Assembly (NCBI GenBank): GCA_964016885.1
Contig: OZ024757.1
Coordinates: 41,230,001-41,294,000 of the forward strand
DNA: 64,000 bases
Reading direction: 5' to 3'
Origin: Eledone cirrhosa
Taxonomy: Eukaryota
Made by a program: the position numbers and the translations under genes. Shown piece by piece: positions 16,019-34,089 of the stretch. The first letter of the stretch is position 1. Each line of letters begins with the position of its first letter. Under the pieces are notes generated by a model, which worked only from the letters and a program-made list of their open reading frames with translations, was not told the DNA's origin and did no database searches.

Positions 16019-17049
16019 TATATATGAGTGTGTGAGTGTGTATATAAATATATATGAAAAAATATATATATAGGTACACACACACATATATACATAATAT
16101 ATATATATATATGTATATGTTTGTGTGTGTGTGCATTTATTAATATTATTTTCTTTAATAAATTAATAAATAAATATATATATATATATATGTAATTTTA
16201 AAAATAGATTTCTACAAGTGTAATTAATTAGTTGTTGAGATAATTTGCAAGTAGATTATTACATGCTTAACGAGAACAACTGCACCTGTGTAAGGAAGAA
16301 ATAATGTTGTTTACCAAATTCTTTAAAATGATTATAGTATTTATTGCAAATTAATTGGTTAATAAAGAATATAATAGACTGAATTCTTACGTATTAGCAT
16401 AGAGCATATTGTGTATAGTGCATATATATATATAAATTTAACGTGTGTGTGTTCAAATCCCACCAAGGTTAAAGTACCAGTAATGTACTGGGGTAATTAC
16501 TGGCCTTGTGCTAAATGTAGAAACAGTTTTATTATACTGAATCTCTACCGTAACTACAAACTACGAATGTTGAAAGCTTTCTCCTGCTTGCTCCTGTTTT
16601 TAGCAAAACAATCTCTTCAGAACATTATATATATATATATATATACATATATAAATATATACACATATATATATAGTGTAGAAGGGACACAGAGAGAGAG
16701 AGAGAGAGTGAGTGAAAAGATGGAGAAATAGATATTTAAACCAAAATCAGTGGATTTTTTTTTAATAGTTTCATTTTTATTGTGATGAAAGAGAAATTGT
16801 TTTGTAAAATATTTTACAAATGTTCAGAATATTAACATTGGCTGACTACATTTACCTAGGTACATTGTCTGCAAATATGATTTTGTTTTTAGGAACATAC
16901 TACAAATATCTTTGAAGATTTAAAAATATTTTTGGTAAAATAATTATCTTGCTGAGAGTTCTATCAGTAAGATGACCTTGTGACCTTGCAATTCTGAAAG
17001 TGAAGGTGTCGCAACTAAATCTGAACATTTTGTAAACATGAAACTGTGA

Positions 17050-17086
<37 letters not shown>

Positions 17087-17263
17087 CACATACATACATG
17101 TATATACATATATATATATACATACACACACGAACACATATATATATATATATACACATATATATATATATATATATACACATATATATATATATATACA
17201 CATATATATATATATATATAGATATATAGATAGATGTTCATATATCTATCTCTCTCTCTCTCT

Positions 17264-17297
<34 letters not shown>

Positions 17298-17353
17298 TCG
17301 AAACCCATGCAAGCGTGGAAGATGGACGTTAAACGATGATGATGATGATGATT

Positions 17354-17384
<31 letters not shown>

Positions 17385-17419
17385 CACACATAAGTACCTG
17401 TTTATGTCATTGTTGTAAC

Positions 17420-17465
<46 letters not shown>

Positions 17466-18732
17466 TATATTCTGAGAATATATTTATCTATTTATTTATT
17501 TAATCAATTTAAACGTTCGTATAGAGCTGGTAAGCCATGACAGACTAGTGGAAATATCTAGTAATGCTTACAGTAGAAATACCCCCCCCCCCCCCTCCTC
17601 CTCAAAAAAATACAAATATATGTGAATACAGAAATAGAAATAAGGAAATAAATATATATGTAACTATGGTGATGAATGATTTGAAATATTTCAGAAAACT
17701 AATTAGAAAGGTGTCCAGGTAGCCAATAGGATCTGAATATATGACATTTTGTAAAAGCCTTTCATCTAGTATATTATGGTAGTAATATAACTTTGATGAT
17801 AGTTATAGAACAAATGAACATAAAAGTATATAGGTTTTACACTTTAGTATTTACATAACTCTATATATACTATTGTATTTTTGTAGTAAAGGCTTTACTT
17901 CACATAATTATCTCACATAATATCAAAGCTATGATATTTTTATATAATATGTTTTGAGAAAAATACCTTAACATCAGTATGAGTGGCCAGTAAGGGCCGG
18001 TTTGAATATAATGAGGTGAAAGAATGCTGGGCAGATGTGACCAGTTTAACCCTTTATTATTCAAACCAGCTGTTAATGAGTATTTAGATATATATATAGA
18101 GAGAGATGAGATTCTACAGTCTTTTAAATTATTTAGAAGTGAAGCATATCAATTTGTCCCTGGATGTTTACTGAGGAGAGTAGGACATGATATTCCTACA
18201 CTTATTTAACTCGAAACATATTTGGATTTTAAAGTTTAAACTTATCTACGGAACAGGTTTGATTTTGAAATTTAAATGTGTCTAAACATCATAGCCTCTT
18301 GGCAATACAGTTCGTCTTTGTTGGTTTATTTTTAAATCGATATGGACAAGCTGTAGTATAATAATTAGTATACTTCAATCTGGCTAAATTTTTCTTTTGC
18401 AATATATATACAGATGTGTTGGTATCTGTGTTTCATCACATACATATTAGTTTATACACGGCTCAGGGGGTATTTTCCTCCTTCGAGCTAATTCCATTGT
18501 AAAAGAATTCATTACCTTATTAATATATATATATATATGTATATATACATCCACATATATAACACACACACTCACACACACACACATATATATAATATAT
18601 ATATATATACATCCACATATACACACACACTCACACACACACATATATAATAATATATATATATATATATATATATACACATCCACATATATACACACAC
18701 ACTCACACACACACACATATATAATAATATAT

Positions 18733-19090
18733 GGAGGCACATGGCTTAGTGGTTAGAGCATTGGCCTTGCAATCGAAAGCTTGTGAGTTCAATTCTCAGA
18801 CCGGGTGATGTGTTGTTTCCTTGAGCAAGACACTTTATTTCACATTGCTCCAGTTTACTCAGCTGTAGAAATGAGATGATAGGGAGTGGGGTCCCTATCA
18901 TTCCACTGTAAAGTGGTCGTGTAGGCGCCACGGAAAAAAAGCACCCAGCACTCACTGTAAATGAGGTTGGTGTTAGGAAGGGCATCCAGCTGTAGAAATC
19001 AAGCCAGAATCAATTGCCGTATGAGCAGGACAACCCGTCTAACCCATTCTAGCGTGGAAGAACGGACGTAAAACGGTGATGATGATGATG
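18733..19090 (+). mobile_element. SINE family S2, full-length copy
   Basis: Near-identical to 4391-4720; (GAT)n tail. Confidence 0.88.
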
Positions 19091-19104
19091 ATATATATAT
19101 ATGT

Positions 19105-19285
19105 AATTGTTTCTACTTTTGGCACAAGGCCATCAATTATCCAGTGTATTACTGGTACTTTATTTTATCGACCCCATAAGGATGAAAGGCAAAGTTAACC
19201 TCAGCGGGATTTGAACTCAGAATGGCAAGGGCCGTAACTTTATATGCCAAAGCATGGCGTCCGACCCTCTACCAATACTGCCAAT
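19105..19285 (-). mobile_element. SINE family S1
   Basis: Reverse complement of the 2345-2527 family. Confidence 0.85.
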
Positions 19286-19714
19286 ATATATATAATGTTT
19301 AAGTGTAGGGCAGGGAGGAAGAGGTATGTGTATATATTTATATATATATACTTAACCAATACATTGAATGTCTAGAAAGTTTGGCCAAATAGTGAAAAGT
19401 TTTGTGAGGTGGTATTAAGTCTGGTAAAATTAATTGAAAGACAATCGAGAAAATAATTCACACAAATTAATGTTGATATCTCCCAGTCACTTCTCTTGAT
19501 TTCATTTGATTCAGCACAACAACAACTATAACAACAACAACTATAACAACAACTATAACAACAACAACTATAACAACAACAACTATAACAACAACAACTA
19601 CAAAATCAATCACAACAGTAACTACGACAGCCACAACTATAAAAACAACAATAGCCACAACAACTACAACAAAATCAACTACAATTACAGCCACAATAAC
19701 CATATATATTCCTC

Positions 19715-19748
<34 letters not shown>

Positions 19749-19832
19749 TACATATATATATATACAAATATCCAAATACGCACACAGATACATATATACA
19801 TACGTACACCTCCCCACTACATATATATATAT

Positions 19833-19864
<32 letters not shown>

Positions 19865-19998
19865 CAAATATCCAAACACGCACACAGATACATATATACA
19901 TTCGTACACCTCCCCACTACATATATATATATTATATATATATATATACATGCACATATATACACACTTATATACACACACAATTCTGAAAGAGCATT

Positions 19999-20045
<47 letters not shown>

Positions 20046-20440
20046 CCTCCCCCACACACACATATATATATACATACAAACACCTCTACACACACACCCA
20101 CATATATATATACACCCTCCCCCCACACACACATATATATATACATACAAACACCTCTACACACACACAGACATATATATATATACACCCTCCCCCCCAC
20201 ACACATATATACATACAAACACCTCTACACACACACCCATATATATATACATACAAGATCATTGTACTGTACATTTGTCCTAAAGTAAATAATTAAACAA
20301 CAATGGTTGAAATGTTGAAAACAACAACAACAATAAAAATATAATAAAATAAGATAAATACGAAAACAAAGAAAGAAGAGACCAAAACATAGAGAGAGAG
20401 AGAGAAAGGGATATATATATATATATATATGTGTGTATGC

Positions 20441-20636
20441 AGGAAAAACTATGATCCCGACGGCAGAGCTCAAGCCGTTTCGACGGCTATTTCTGAAGTC
20501 CGGGAAATAGCCATCGAAACGGCTTGAGCTCTGCCGTCGGGGTCATACTTTTTCCTATTTCCCACTCTACTACCCTAAGTATTGAGTACTCTGGTGCGTT
20601 ATGGTCCATCTGGTCCCTTACCATAATTCTTTTGTT
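20441..20636 (+). mobile_element. One-sided palindromic element, family B (copy 2), containing an HHR 3' half
   Basis: Arms of about 53 bp over 20441-20556; GAAA-CGGC(UUGAGCUCU)GCCG-UC/GGGG at 20516-20542; shared tail. Confidence 0.82.
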
Positions 20637-20662
20637 ATATGCATGTATATATATATATATAT

Positions 20663-20872
20663 ATAAAATGAAATTTTTGGAACCCCCATGGATGAGCTCC
20701 TGCCATTTCAACAAATAGATCTGAACTGCCATTTAGATCTTTCTGTTGAAACAGCAGGAGCTCAGCTGTTGGGGTCCCAAATTTTTCATTTTATCCACTC
20801 TACTACTCCTAGTATTGAGTACTTTGGTGAGTAATTGTCTAACAGAATTCACCACCTCTATTCTGATTCCTA
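20663..20872 (+). mobile_element. Family B, diverged copy 3
   Basis: Imperfect palindrome 20663-20794 with GAAA-CAGC..GCTG-TT/GGGG, then CCACTCTACTACTCCTAGTATTGAGTACT tail. Confidence 0.72.
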
Positions 20873-20876
20873 TATA

Positions 20877-20947
<71 letters not shown>

Positions 20948-20964
20948 GTATATATATTTATATG

Positions 20965-21161
20965 AGTCTTGGGTTCAATTGGGGGTAATCACAGTAAGTG
21001 AAGTACACAATATATTTGTAGAGTATATACTACAAATTTAATATAGAAATGGCTACTACAGGACTAGAACTGATTCATTCAAAGTAAATAATCAGAAAAT
21101 TCCACCATCATCAGAGCTTTCCCTATGATTTCCTTTAGATGAAACAGTTCTAGTCCTGTAG
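20965..21161 (-). mobile_element. Family C HHR-like element with inverted 5' arm
   Basis: CTACAGGACTAGAACTG ... CAGTTCTAGTCCTGTAG inverted pair; tail GGGTTCAATTGGGGGTAATCACAGTAAGT shared with 23975-24080 and 59117-59325. Confidence 0.7.
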
Positions 21162-21289
21162 ATGATGATAGTTTTTATTATATTTACATTGTTATAATTC
21201 AGTAATTGTGATCATTTGTTGTCAACAAAGACAGTAATATAATAATAATAATAATAATTGAACTGTAGTTGGTTGAATTTTAGGTAATT

Positions 21290-22375
<1,086 letters not shown>

Positions 22376-22585
22376 ATGTGTGTGTGTGTATAATGTCATT
22401 TAGCAATCTAATTGGACAAGGTCAGTTATCAGATCTTAAATAATAATTTACAACAATAGTTTGAAGTATTTTCTTTCATGTTAAACTAATTTCTACTCTT
22501 TGTCTATTGAAACTTTCATTTATGGTGTTAACATTATATATAGGATGTTAGTGGGTTTCACACACACACACACACAAACAAACAT

Positions 22586-22677
<92 letters not shown>

Positions 22678-22825
22678 GTACGCTTGCAAACAGGGATAAG
22701 CGGAGATAAAATGATGAATAATGATGATGACATAAATACACAGATATACATATATATATATGTATATATATATATATACATATATATTTTAATATATACA
22801 TATATATATATACATATATATATTA

Positions 22826-22868
<43 letters not shown>

Positions 22869-22942
22869 TATATTAATTTATTTATATTAATTTATATATA
22901 TATATATATATATATACATTAATATATATATATATATATATA

Positions 22943-23140
22943 TAGGAAAAAGTAAGACACCGACGGCTGAGCTCAAGCCGTTTCAACGGCTAATTCTGGA
23001 CTCCAGAATTAGCCGTCGAAACGGCTTGAGCTCAGCTGTCGGGGTCTTACTTGTTCCTATTACCCACTCTACTACCCTAAGTATTGAGTACTTTGGTGCG
23101 TTATGGTCCACCTGGTTCCTTACCACATTTCCTTCGTTAT
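22943..23140 (+). mobile_element. Family B, copy 4
   Basis: Palindrome centred on 23001; GAAA-CGGC(UUGAGCUCA)GCUG-UC at 23018-23040; shared tail. Confidence 0.82.
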
Positions 23141-23170
23141 ATATATATACACATATACACAAATATATTT

Positions 23171-23236
<66 letters not shown>

Positions 23237-23242
23237 ATATAT

Positions 23243-23546
23243 AGGGAAAAAAGATGAAATCGAAAATGCAACTGGAGTTTTTTTTTTTATATTTATTTGG
23301 TTCCTTTACCGGTTTGGCAGTTCTTGTGCTTTTCACATCAGATGTGAGAAAAACCACAGACCCTCAATCTCAATTCTACTTTTGAAAAGCAGAAGAACTG
23401 TGAAACTCGTAAAGAAACCAAATAAATATATTTTAAAAAAAAAGACTCCAGCCGCATTTTCGATTTTATCTTTTTTCCTTATATTTTCACTCGTGTAGCA
23501 CACCTCAGTTTTTTTTCATTTTGTAAAAAAACCTCACTTTCTAATG
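23243..23546 (+). mobile_element. Family D element with inverted 5' arm and two opposed HHR copies
   Basis: Arms of about 93 bp (23243-23336 and 23382-23482), then unpaired tail; homologous to 33385-33610. Confidence 0.82.
23379..23414 (+). ncRNA. Minimal hammerhead with U3-A8 variant core (family D)
   Basis: CUU-UUGAAAA-GCAG(AAGAA)CUGU-GAAA-CUCG-UA/AAG, then AATAAA; the opposite arm (23304-23336, minus) gives stem III CCGG and stem II 3' CUGC. Confidence 0.72.
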
Positions 23547-23547
23547 T

Positions 23548-23602
<55 letters not shown>

Positions 23603-23615
23603 CTGTACATATAGA

Positions 23616-23669
<54 letters not shown>

Positions 23670-23974
23670 TCTATATGTACAGACACACATATATTTATGT
23701 CTGTCTGTCTTTGTGTTTATACAATATTAAATATTAAATTTACATAGCAACTGTATTCTTTATAACTTTAGTATTGCTTCACAAATCAATTCATTTTCGG
23801 ACCCATTCATGCATATCTTACTATGTATTTATATATCTAACACACTGCATCACTTGTTATATCTACCTATCACCACATCCCAATATATATGACTTTACAA
23901 ATATATATACATACATACATACACACACACATATATATATATATATACATATATATATCCACACGCATATATAA

Positions 23975-24076
23975 GTTTATCCCGGGTTCAATCGGGGGTA
24001 ACCACAGTAAGTAAGGTACAAAGTAGAAAAGGCTTCTACAGGACTAGAACTGTTTCATTCGAGAGAAATCATCAGG

Positions 24077-24080
<4 letters not shown>
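23975..24080 (-). mobile_element. Family C copy beginning at an HHR-like core
   Basis: CUGAUGA-U-UUC(UCUC)GAA-U-GAAA-CAGUUCUAG...; no clear stem I. Confidence 0.6.
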
Positions 24081-24145
<65 letters not shown>

Positions 24146-24167
24146 TAATATATATATGTGGGAGTGA

Positions 24168-24630
24168 ATGCACATGGCTTAGTGGTTAGAGCATCTGGCT
24201 TATAATCGTGAGGTTGTGAGTTCATTTCTCGGACAGGGCTTTGTGTTTTGTTCTTGAGCAAGACGCTTTATTTCACGTTGTTCCAGTTCACTCATCATCA
24301 TCAACATCTCATTTTCCGCTTTTCCTTGCTTGCAAGGGTGGAAAGGGTCCCTTTCAGCCCAGCATCTCTCCATGTCACTGTGTGTGTGTGACGGCTCACA
24401 CCTATGCAGGTTTAACTGGCCCCCTCCAAAGTATATCTCGTTGGAGGTGTCTTGGGTGATTTAATGATATGGACCCCAGTCCCTATCATCTCATTTCTAC
24501 AGCTGAGTAAACTGGAGCAATGTAAAATAAAGTGTCTTGCTCAAGGAAACAACACATTACCCGGTCTAAGAATTGAACTCACAACTTATCGATTGCAAGC
24601 CCAATGCTCTAACCACTAAGCCATCCACCT
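24168..24630. mobile_element. Cluster of S2 SINE fragments in both orientations plus RTE tail
   Basis: 24168-24292 plus, 24293-24365 RTE tail minus, 24465-24630 minus. Confidence 0.8.
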
Positions 24631-24764
24631 TCACCCATGTCACTGCTGTCAACATATATCGGCCATTGGCTTTTTCCTTGTATAACATCAAATATAAATC
24701 AATTTTGTGAATTATGTAATTTGTTCGAATCTTTTTCTGCATTGTTTGTATTTGTGTGACTCTG

Positions 24765-25252
24765 TGTGTGTGTGTGCTACTGAGTGTGTATGTGTGTATG
24801 TGTGTGTGCTACTGAATGTATGTGTGTGTGTCTGTCTGTGTGTGTGTGTGCTACTGAATGTATGTTTGTGTGTGTGTGTGCTACTGAATGTATGTCTATC
24901 TGTGTGTGTGTGTGTGTGTGCTACTGAATGTATGTCTGTGTGTGTGTGTGTCTGTGTGTGTGCTACTGAATGTATGTTTGTGTGTGTGTGTGCTACTGAA
25001 TGTATGTCTATCTGTGTGTCTGTGTGTGTGCTACTGAATGTATGTCTATCTGTGTGTGTGTGTCTATCTGTGTGTGCTACTGAATGTATGTCTCTCTGTG
25101 TGTCTGTGTGTGTGCTACTGAATGTATGTCTCTGTGTGTGTGTCTATCTGTGTGTGTGTGTGTGCTACTGAATGTATGTCTGTGTGTGTGTGTCTGTGTG
25201 TGTGCTACTGAATGTATGTTTGTGTGTGTGTGTGCTACTGAATGTATGTCTA

Positions 25253-25286
<34 letters not shown>

Positions 25287-25330
25287 ACTGAAAGTATATC
25301 TATCTGTGTGTGTCTGTGTGTGTGTGTATC
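24765..25330. repeat. (TG)n-based minisatellite with GCTACTGAATGTATG core
   Basis: About 16 variable-length units. Confidence 0.95.
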
Positions 25331-25547
25331 TGAAGTGCTCATGTCTAACTGTGAGATGATTGTTTATGGCTCCACTTACTAAGACATAACAGACTTTTGT
25401 AAGCAATAAGAGAAAACTGAACAATATACTGTGTATATACATAACTATATATATATATATATTGGTATATATTTATATATATATATATTGGTATATATAT
25501 ATATTAATATATATATATATTAATATATATATATATTTATATATATA

Positions 25548-25598
<51 letters not shown>

Positions 25599-25852
25599 CC
25601 CTAAGTATGTGTAGTGTGTAATATTTTTGTTGTAGAAAGGAGAGAGAGAGGGGGGGAGGGCGGGAGAGAGAGAGATTTATTAGTTGTTTCTTTCTAATTG
25701 GATTTATTGACGCGGTTGTTATATTTCTTTGTCACTGAAGTCATAAACTTACTTATATATCTCTCAATTAGCCAGAAGAATGAAAAACTACAACACATGA
25801 ACATATAACCATATATATATATATATATATATAAATAATTTTTAATATAATA

Positions 25853-26075
25853 ATAATAATAATGAAATTATTGTGTACAGTGCTCAGGTGCACTACAACT
25901 CATCAAAGGTGCATGTATAGTACATTGAATAATATACAAATGTCGGGGAAGTGAATAGTATATCAGTCATGGTGTGCGTGTGTATGGAGGGGGAATATTA
26001 GGTGTAGTGTTGGCGAATCTCAGGAAGTATGGAGGTTTTAAAGGATGCAGTGTCCCGACGGCTAATAACTGATGC
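25853..26075 (-). mobile_element. CR1/L2-like LINE 3' end
   Basis: Homologous to 52755-52955; (ATT)n tail. Confidence 0.78.
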
Positions 26076-26369
26076 ATAGCTTCTACAGAACTAGAACTGT
26101 TTCATTCTAAAGAAATCATGATGATGATTTTTTTTTAATGGAACTGGAGAAGAAATGGTTGCTGCCAGGATTCAAAATTCCCTAGAAATGCTGTATGTTA
26201 ATACAGTAAAAAATACCAGTCTAGTACTGGGATCAATACTTCCTCTGAGGTCAACTTTGCGTTAAACAGTTTTTTGTCGGCTTGAGAGCTTATGAAGGTG
26301 AAGATGTATGTGTATAAACTTGTCTTGTACATTTCTTTATTTCCTTCTTCCAGCTACTTCTGTGTACCA

Positions 26370-26790
26370 ACACAATCCTTGTGGATTGCCTCTCTGTTGA
26401 CTGCTGGCCAGTGGTTTCTGTCCTCTGAGACATTATATTTCATTTGTCTGTCACCCACCTTGTGTATTGTCTCTCTGTTGACCACTGGCCACTGATCTCT
26501 GTCCTCTGAGACATTATATTTCATCTGCCTGTCACCCATCTTGTGGATTGTCTCTCTGTTGACCACTGCCTGTCACCCACCTTGTGTATTGTCTCTCTGT
26601 TGACCACTGGCCACTGATCTCTGTCCTCTGAGACATTATATTTCATCTGCCTGTCACCAATCTTGTGGATTGTCTCTCTGTTGACCACTGGCCACTGATC
26701 TCTGTCTTCTGAGATATATTTCATCTTCCTGTCACCCACCTTGTGTATTGTCTCTCTGTTGACCACTGGCTACTGATCTCTGTCCTCTCA
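26370..26790 (-). repeat. 72-bp minisatellite (about 6 units)
   Basis: Minus strand repeats the 24-aa unit EDRDQWPVVNRETIHKVGDRQMKYNVS, with one truncated unit. Confidence 0.92.
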
Positions 26791-27710
26791 GGCATTTTTG
26801 CCCATCGCTGTCTTTGTCAACATTTAGCTATTTTAAAGGCTGTTCTAGCAATGAGTTTTCTCATTTTTATATGCAATTTTTTGGCGATTTTGAATGACTA
26901 AAATTACTTTTACAGGATGTAATTGCTTTAGTTTGAACACAGAATCTTAAATCAAGTTACTTGCCAATCAAATACAGCTCCAGTTTTATTATGAAATGGA
27001 GATAAAGTCAACGAGGGCAAAAGAACTTAAGCATAAGAACTCAAGTGACATTTTAATCTATGCACACTAGAATAACATTGACTTATGTCTAATAAGTAAA
27101 CCAAAGGAACTTTTCTTATGAAATATTGATTATAGGATTGTAAAAGAATATATGATTACAACCGAACAAGTAATAAAAGATTAAGAATAATAACAAAAAA
27201 AAAATTGTAAATAAAATAAACAAGTTTAGAGTCAGTTATGACACCTTCAGGTACGCAACTGCAAAAGGTAAAAAACCTATGTCCATACAGGTAAATACAA
27301 AAGAATGGTAATTAGCAGAACAGAGAGAGGGGGAAGAAATGGAAAGAGAATATATTCATATATAAGTGAAAGGAAAATAAGGAGTGGAGCAAACATGTAA
27401 AAACTTTGGCAGCAAATTGGCAGAACTGTCAGAATTTTTTATGGAATACCTTGTGGTATTTGTTCTGGCTCTATATCTCTGAGTTCAGATCCTGTCAACT
27501 TCGCTCTACATCCATTCGAGGCTGATGAAAAAAAAAAGTACCAGTGTAGTACTGGGGTCAATTCTTCCTCTCTCTAGAAGAAATCTGCTGTACTCAGGCC
27601 TGGTGAGGGATGGACTCCACCAGGCTTAAAATGCCCAAGAAATACTGTATATCAATAAGGCCCCCCCCACCCCCTACGACACTAACAGGAGTCACAGAAC
27701 CATAAAAAAA

Positions 27711-27744
<34 letters not shown>

Positions 27745-27893
27745 ATGTCATCATCATCATCATTTTATGACAGCTTTTTCCTGCTTGTAAGGGTGGGACG
27801 GATCCTATTCAGCACAGCATCTCTCCATTCGTCATCGTCCTTCCTCAATATGTATACATACATATATATATATTTATATATATATATATATAT

Positions 27894-28000
<107 letters not shown>

Positions 28001-28013
28001 CATGTATATATAC

Positions 28014-28180
<167 letters not shown>

Positions 28181-28187
28181 TATATAC

Positions 28188-28236
<49 letters not shown>

Positions 28237-28277
28237 CATATATATATACATATATATATATATATACATATATATGC

Positions 28278-28310
<33 letters not shown>

Positions 28311-28353
28311 TATAGTTATAGTTATGTAATAAACAACATAAGGCAATTATTTC

Positions 28354-28406
28354 ATTTACCAGTAGTTTCTTAAAAGCAAAGAAATTTTGCTTTCAATCAT
28401 CAGAAT
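28354..28406 (-). ncRNA. Type I hammerhead ribozyme
   Basis: AUU-CUGAUGA-UUGAAAGCAAA(AUUUC)UUUGCUUUUAA-GAAA-CUACUGG-UA/AAU: 11-bp stem II, intact core. Confidence 0.82.
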
Positions 28407-28410
28407 TAAA

Positions 28411-28474
28411 AAATCCTGGTGTATTTATTGGCATTGGATTTTAAAATCCAATGCCAATAAATACACCAGGATTT
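28411..28474. repeat. Perfect 64-bp palindrome with no spacer
   Basis: AAATCCTGGTGTATTTATTGGCATTGGATTTT|AAAATCCAATGCCAATAAATACACCAGGATTT. Confidence 0.97.
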
Positions 28475-28625
28475 CAACTTTGTATTTTGAAAATTCGGAT
28501 GCCACAGTATTTTTCTTGATTGTCTATTATTACATAGTGTAGCAATAATGGACTGAAATTCTGATGAAACAATTGTTAATACGTGGATTAAATCCTTTGT
28601 AAACTGTTTACCTTCGTCCTATTTC

Positions 28626-28661
<36 letters not shown>

Positions 28662-29156
28662 TAATATATATATATATATAAGCACAGTAGTGTATTTATA
28701 TGTTAGCAAGCAAATATTGATTGGAAGTATATAAATGAAATTTAAAGGTAAGAAATTAATAGAATGAAGAATCAATAACAAGATTATCAATTCAACTGGG
28801 GTATATTGAGGGTGGATGTTGGGTGGATGTTGGTTTTGGTATTAACAGGGTTAATACCATTGATTTCTGATTGAAAGATTTATTTAATTATTTGTTTATT
28901 CAATTATTTAATTATTTATATATTATTCCATTTATAGAATTAACTAAAATGAGTAAATCTATATAGGTCGTGGTGCCCTAATCAATCACCCACTCTCCCG
29001 TTCTCTCGGGTTAAATATATATATATGTATACATATATATATATATATATATACATATATATATACATATACATATGTGTATGTATATATATATATGTAT
29101 ATATATGCAAGCAATGAAAAGTGGGCGTAAAACGATGATGAAAATGATGATGATAT

Positions 29157-29191
<35 letters not shown>

Positions 29192-29195
29192 CATA

Positions 29196-29407
29196 CAGGG
29201 TGGCCCAAAAGTCACACGGGGGTTTTAGTTTTTATTAACTTCCTGAATTGTACAGATTGATGTATGAAATTTTGATACAACTTAGAAGACATAATGGAAA
29301 TTATTTTGCATTCGTCAATCCTTTTTATACCTTTACATTACTTCTGAAAAATAAAATAAAATAATTATAAACATTTGTGACCCCTGTGTGACTTTTGGGT
29401 CACCCTG
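29196..29407. mobile_element. Tc1/mariner-type MITE
   Basis: TA-CAGGGTGGCCCAAAAGTCACAC ... GTGTGACTTTTGGGTCACCCTG-TA. Confidence 0.9.
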
Positions 29408-29419
29408 TATATATATATG

Positions 29420-29535
29420 GCTCTTGAGTTTAAGACCAGCTACCCATGTCAGTTTCTGTATGCTGATGATATAACCTTTATAGCTGAATCTGTGGCAGAC
29501 TAGAGAAGTTCCAAACCTTAAAGCAAGACATAGAA
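29420..29535 (+). pseudogene. LINE (RTE-like) reverse transcriptase fragment
   Basis: EFKTSYPCQFLYADDITFIAES (YADD motif), followed by a stop. Confidence 0.75.
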
Positions 29536-29831
29536 TTAAATGAACAAGTCATGGTCATTGGACATGGGTTGTCTCACAATGGGGCAACACTTAAAACCCA
29601 TGCTAGCATGGAAAATGTTCGATAAATGATGATGATTACATATATATATCTTTTTCGTGGCTATGGTCACTGTGACCCTTCTATCAGTCGCTGTCTTCAT
29701 TTTGCAAAGCTGTCTAAACATAATGTTATAACTCTAGGGTTATATATCCTATCGAGTGCTTAGCTGCACACCAAAACTGCTTTCGTTAGCTTGGCTGCAA
29801 CCATGGCTTCGTTGATGGTGTACTAAATGCT

Positions 29832-30828
<997 letters not shown>

Positions 30829-30829
<1 letters not shown>

Positions 30830-31270
30830 CATCATCATCATCATCATCACCGTTTTACGTCCGTTCTTCCACGCTAGCATGGGTTAGACGGGTTGTCCTG
30901 TTGTGGGCAGTGTCTGGTCGGCTGACCATGCCTTGCTCATACAGGAACTGATCTGGCTTGATTTCTACAGCTGGATGCCCTTCCTAACACCAACCTCATT
31001 TACAGTGAGTGCTGGGTGCTTTTTCGTGGCGCCTACACGTCCACTTTACAGTGTGGGCTGGGTGCTTTTTTGCCGTGGCACCTCCACGACCACCTTGCGG
31101 TGGGGGGGGGGGCATATTGTTTATATGCTTCAGCATGTACCCATGGGAGGTCGGGTACCCTGTATTACTGCGTGACGCCAGAAGTCACGGTCGTGTGTCA
31201 TTGACTTTGAGAGGTGTAGTTGGGTAAGGTCGGCTTTTATCACCTCATCCCAAGTCATCTTGGGTCTCCC
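30829..31270 (-). mobile_element. RTE LINE 3' end
   Basis: [35 protein letters not shown] plus 3'UTR and (GAT)n; same family as 10485-10835. Confidence 0.9.
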
Positions 31271-31273
31271 CAC

Positions 31274-33384
<2,111 letters not shown>

Positions 33385-33385
<1 letters not shown>

Positions 33386-33610
33386 ATAAAGAAAAAGGGA
33401 TGAAATCGAAAATGCAACTGAAGTCTGATTTTTTTTTAAAATATATATATTTATTTGGTTCCTATAAGGGACCAAATAAATATATATATTTTAAAAAAAA
33501 ATAAGACTTCAGTTGCATTTTCGATTTCATCCCTTTTTCTTTATACTTCCACCCGTGTAGGACACCTCGGTTATTTTTCATTTTGTAAAAAAAACCTCAC
33601 TTTCTAATAT
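33385..33610 (+). mobile_element. Family D copy: near-perfect 160-bp palindrome plus tail
   Basis: Arms 33385-33463 and 33466-33545; tail matches 23483-23546. Confidence 0.85.
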
Positions 33611-33832
33611 AAATATATATATAAATATATGAGGGTGTTAAAGTTTGCTTGAAGCATTGTGAAATGTGTAAAATACGTAGTTTAGAAAGCCACAACAATG
33701 CAGAGGGAAATCTCGAGGTAGGGAGTGAATGATAGATAGGAGAAATAGGAGAAAGTGAAAATTGAGAGAGACAAAGATGATAACAAAACAAAGGTAGAAG
33801 GGTTACCTTATATAGATATATATATAATATAT

Positions 33833-33863
<31 letters not shown>

Positions 33864-33866
33864 AAT

Positions 33867-34089
<223 letters not shown>

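Noticed and set aside
20441-20636. Family B and D elements as classical MITEs
   Set aside because: Inverted arms are not terminal (one-sided tail) and contain HHR halves; PLE-type inversion fits better, though a Helentron-like origin is not formally excluded
28558-28580. CUGAU-GAAA-CAAUUG-UU as a functional HHR
   Set aside because: Stem II is absent; at most a deleted remnant
29767-29823. HHR-like fold on the minus strand (8-bp stem I, GAAAGCAGUU)
   Set aside because: 5' core reads UCAACGA, three changes from CUGANGA
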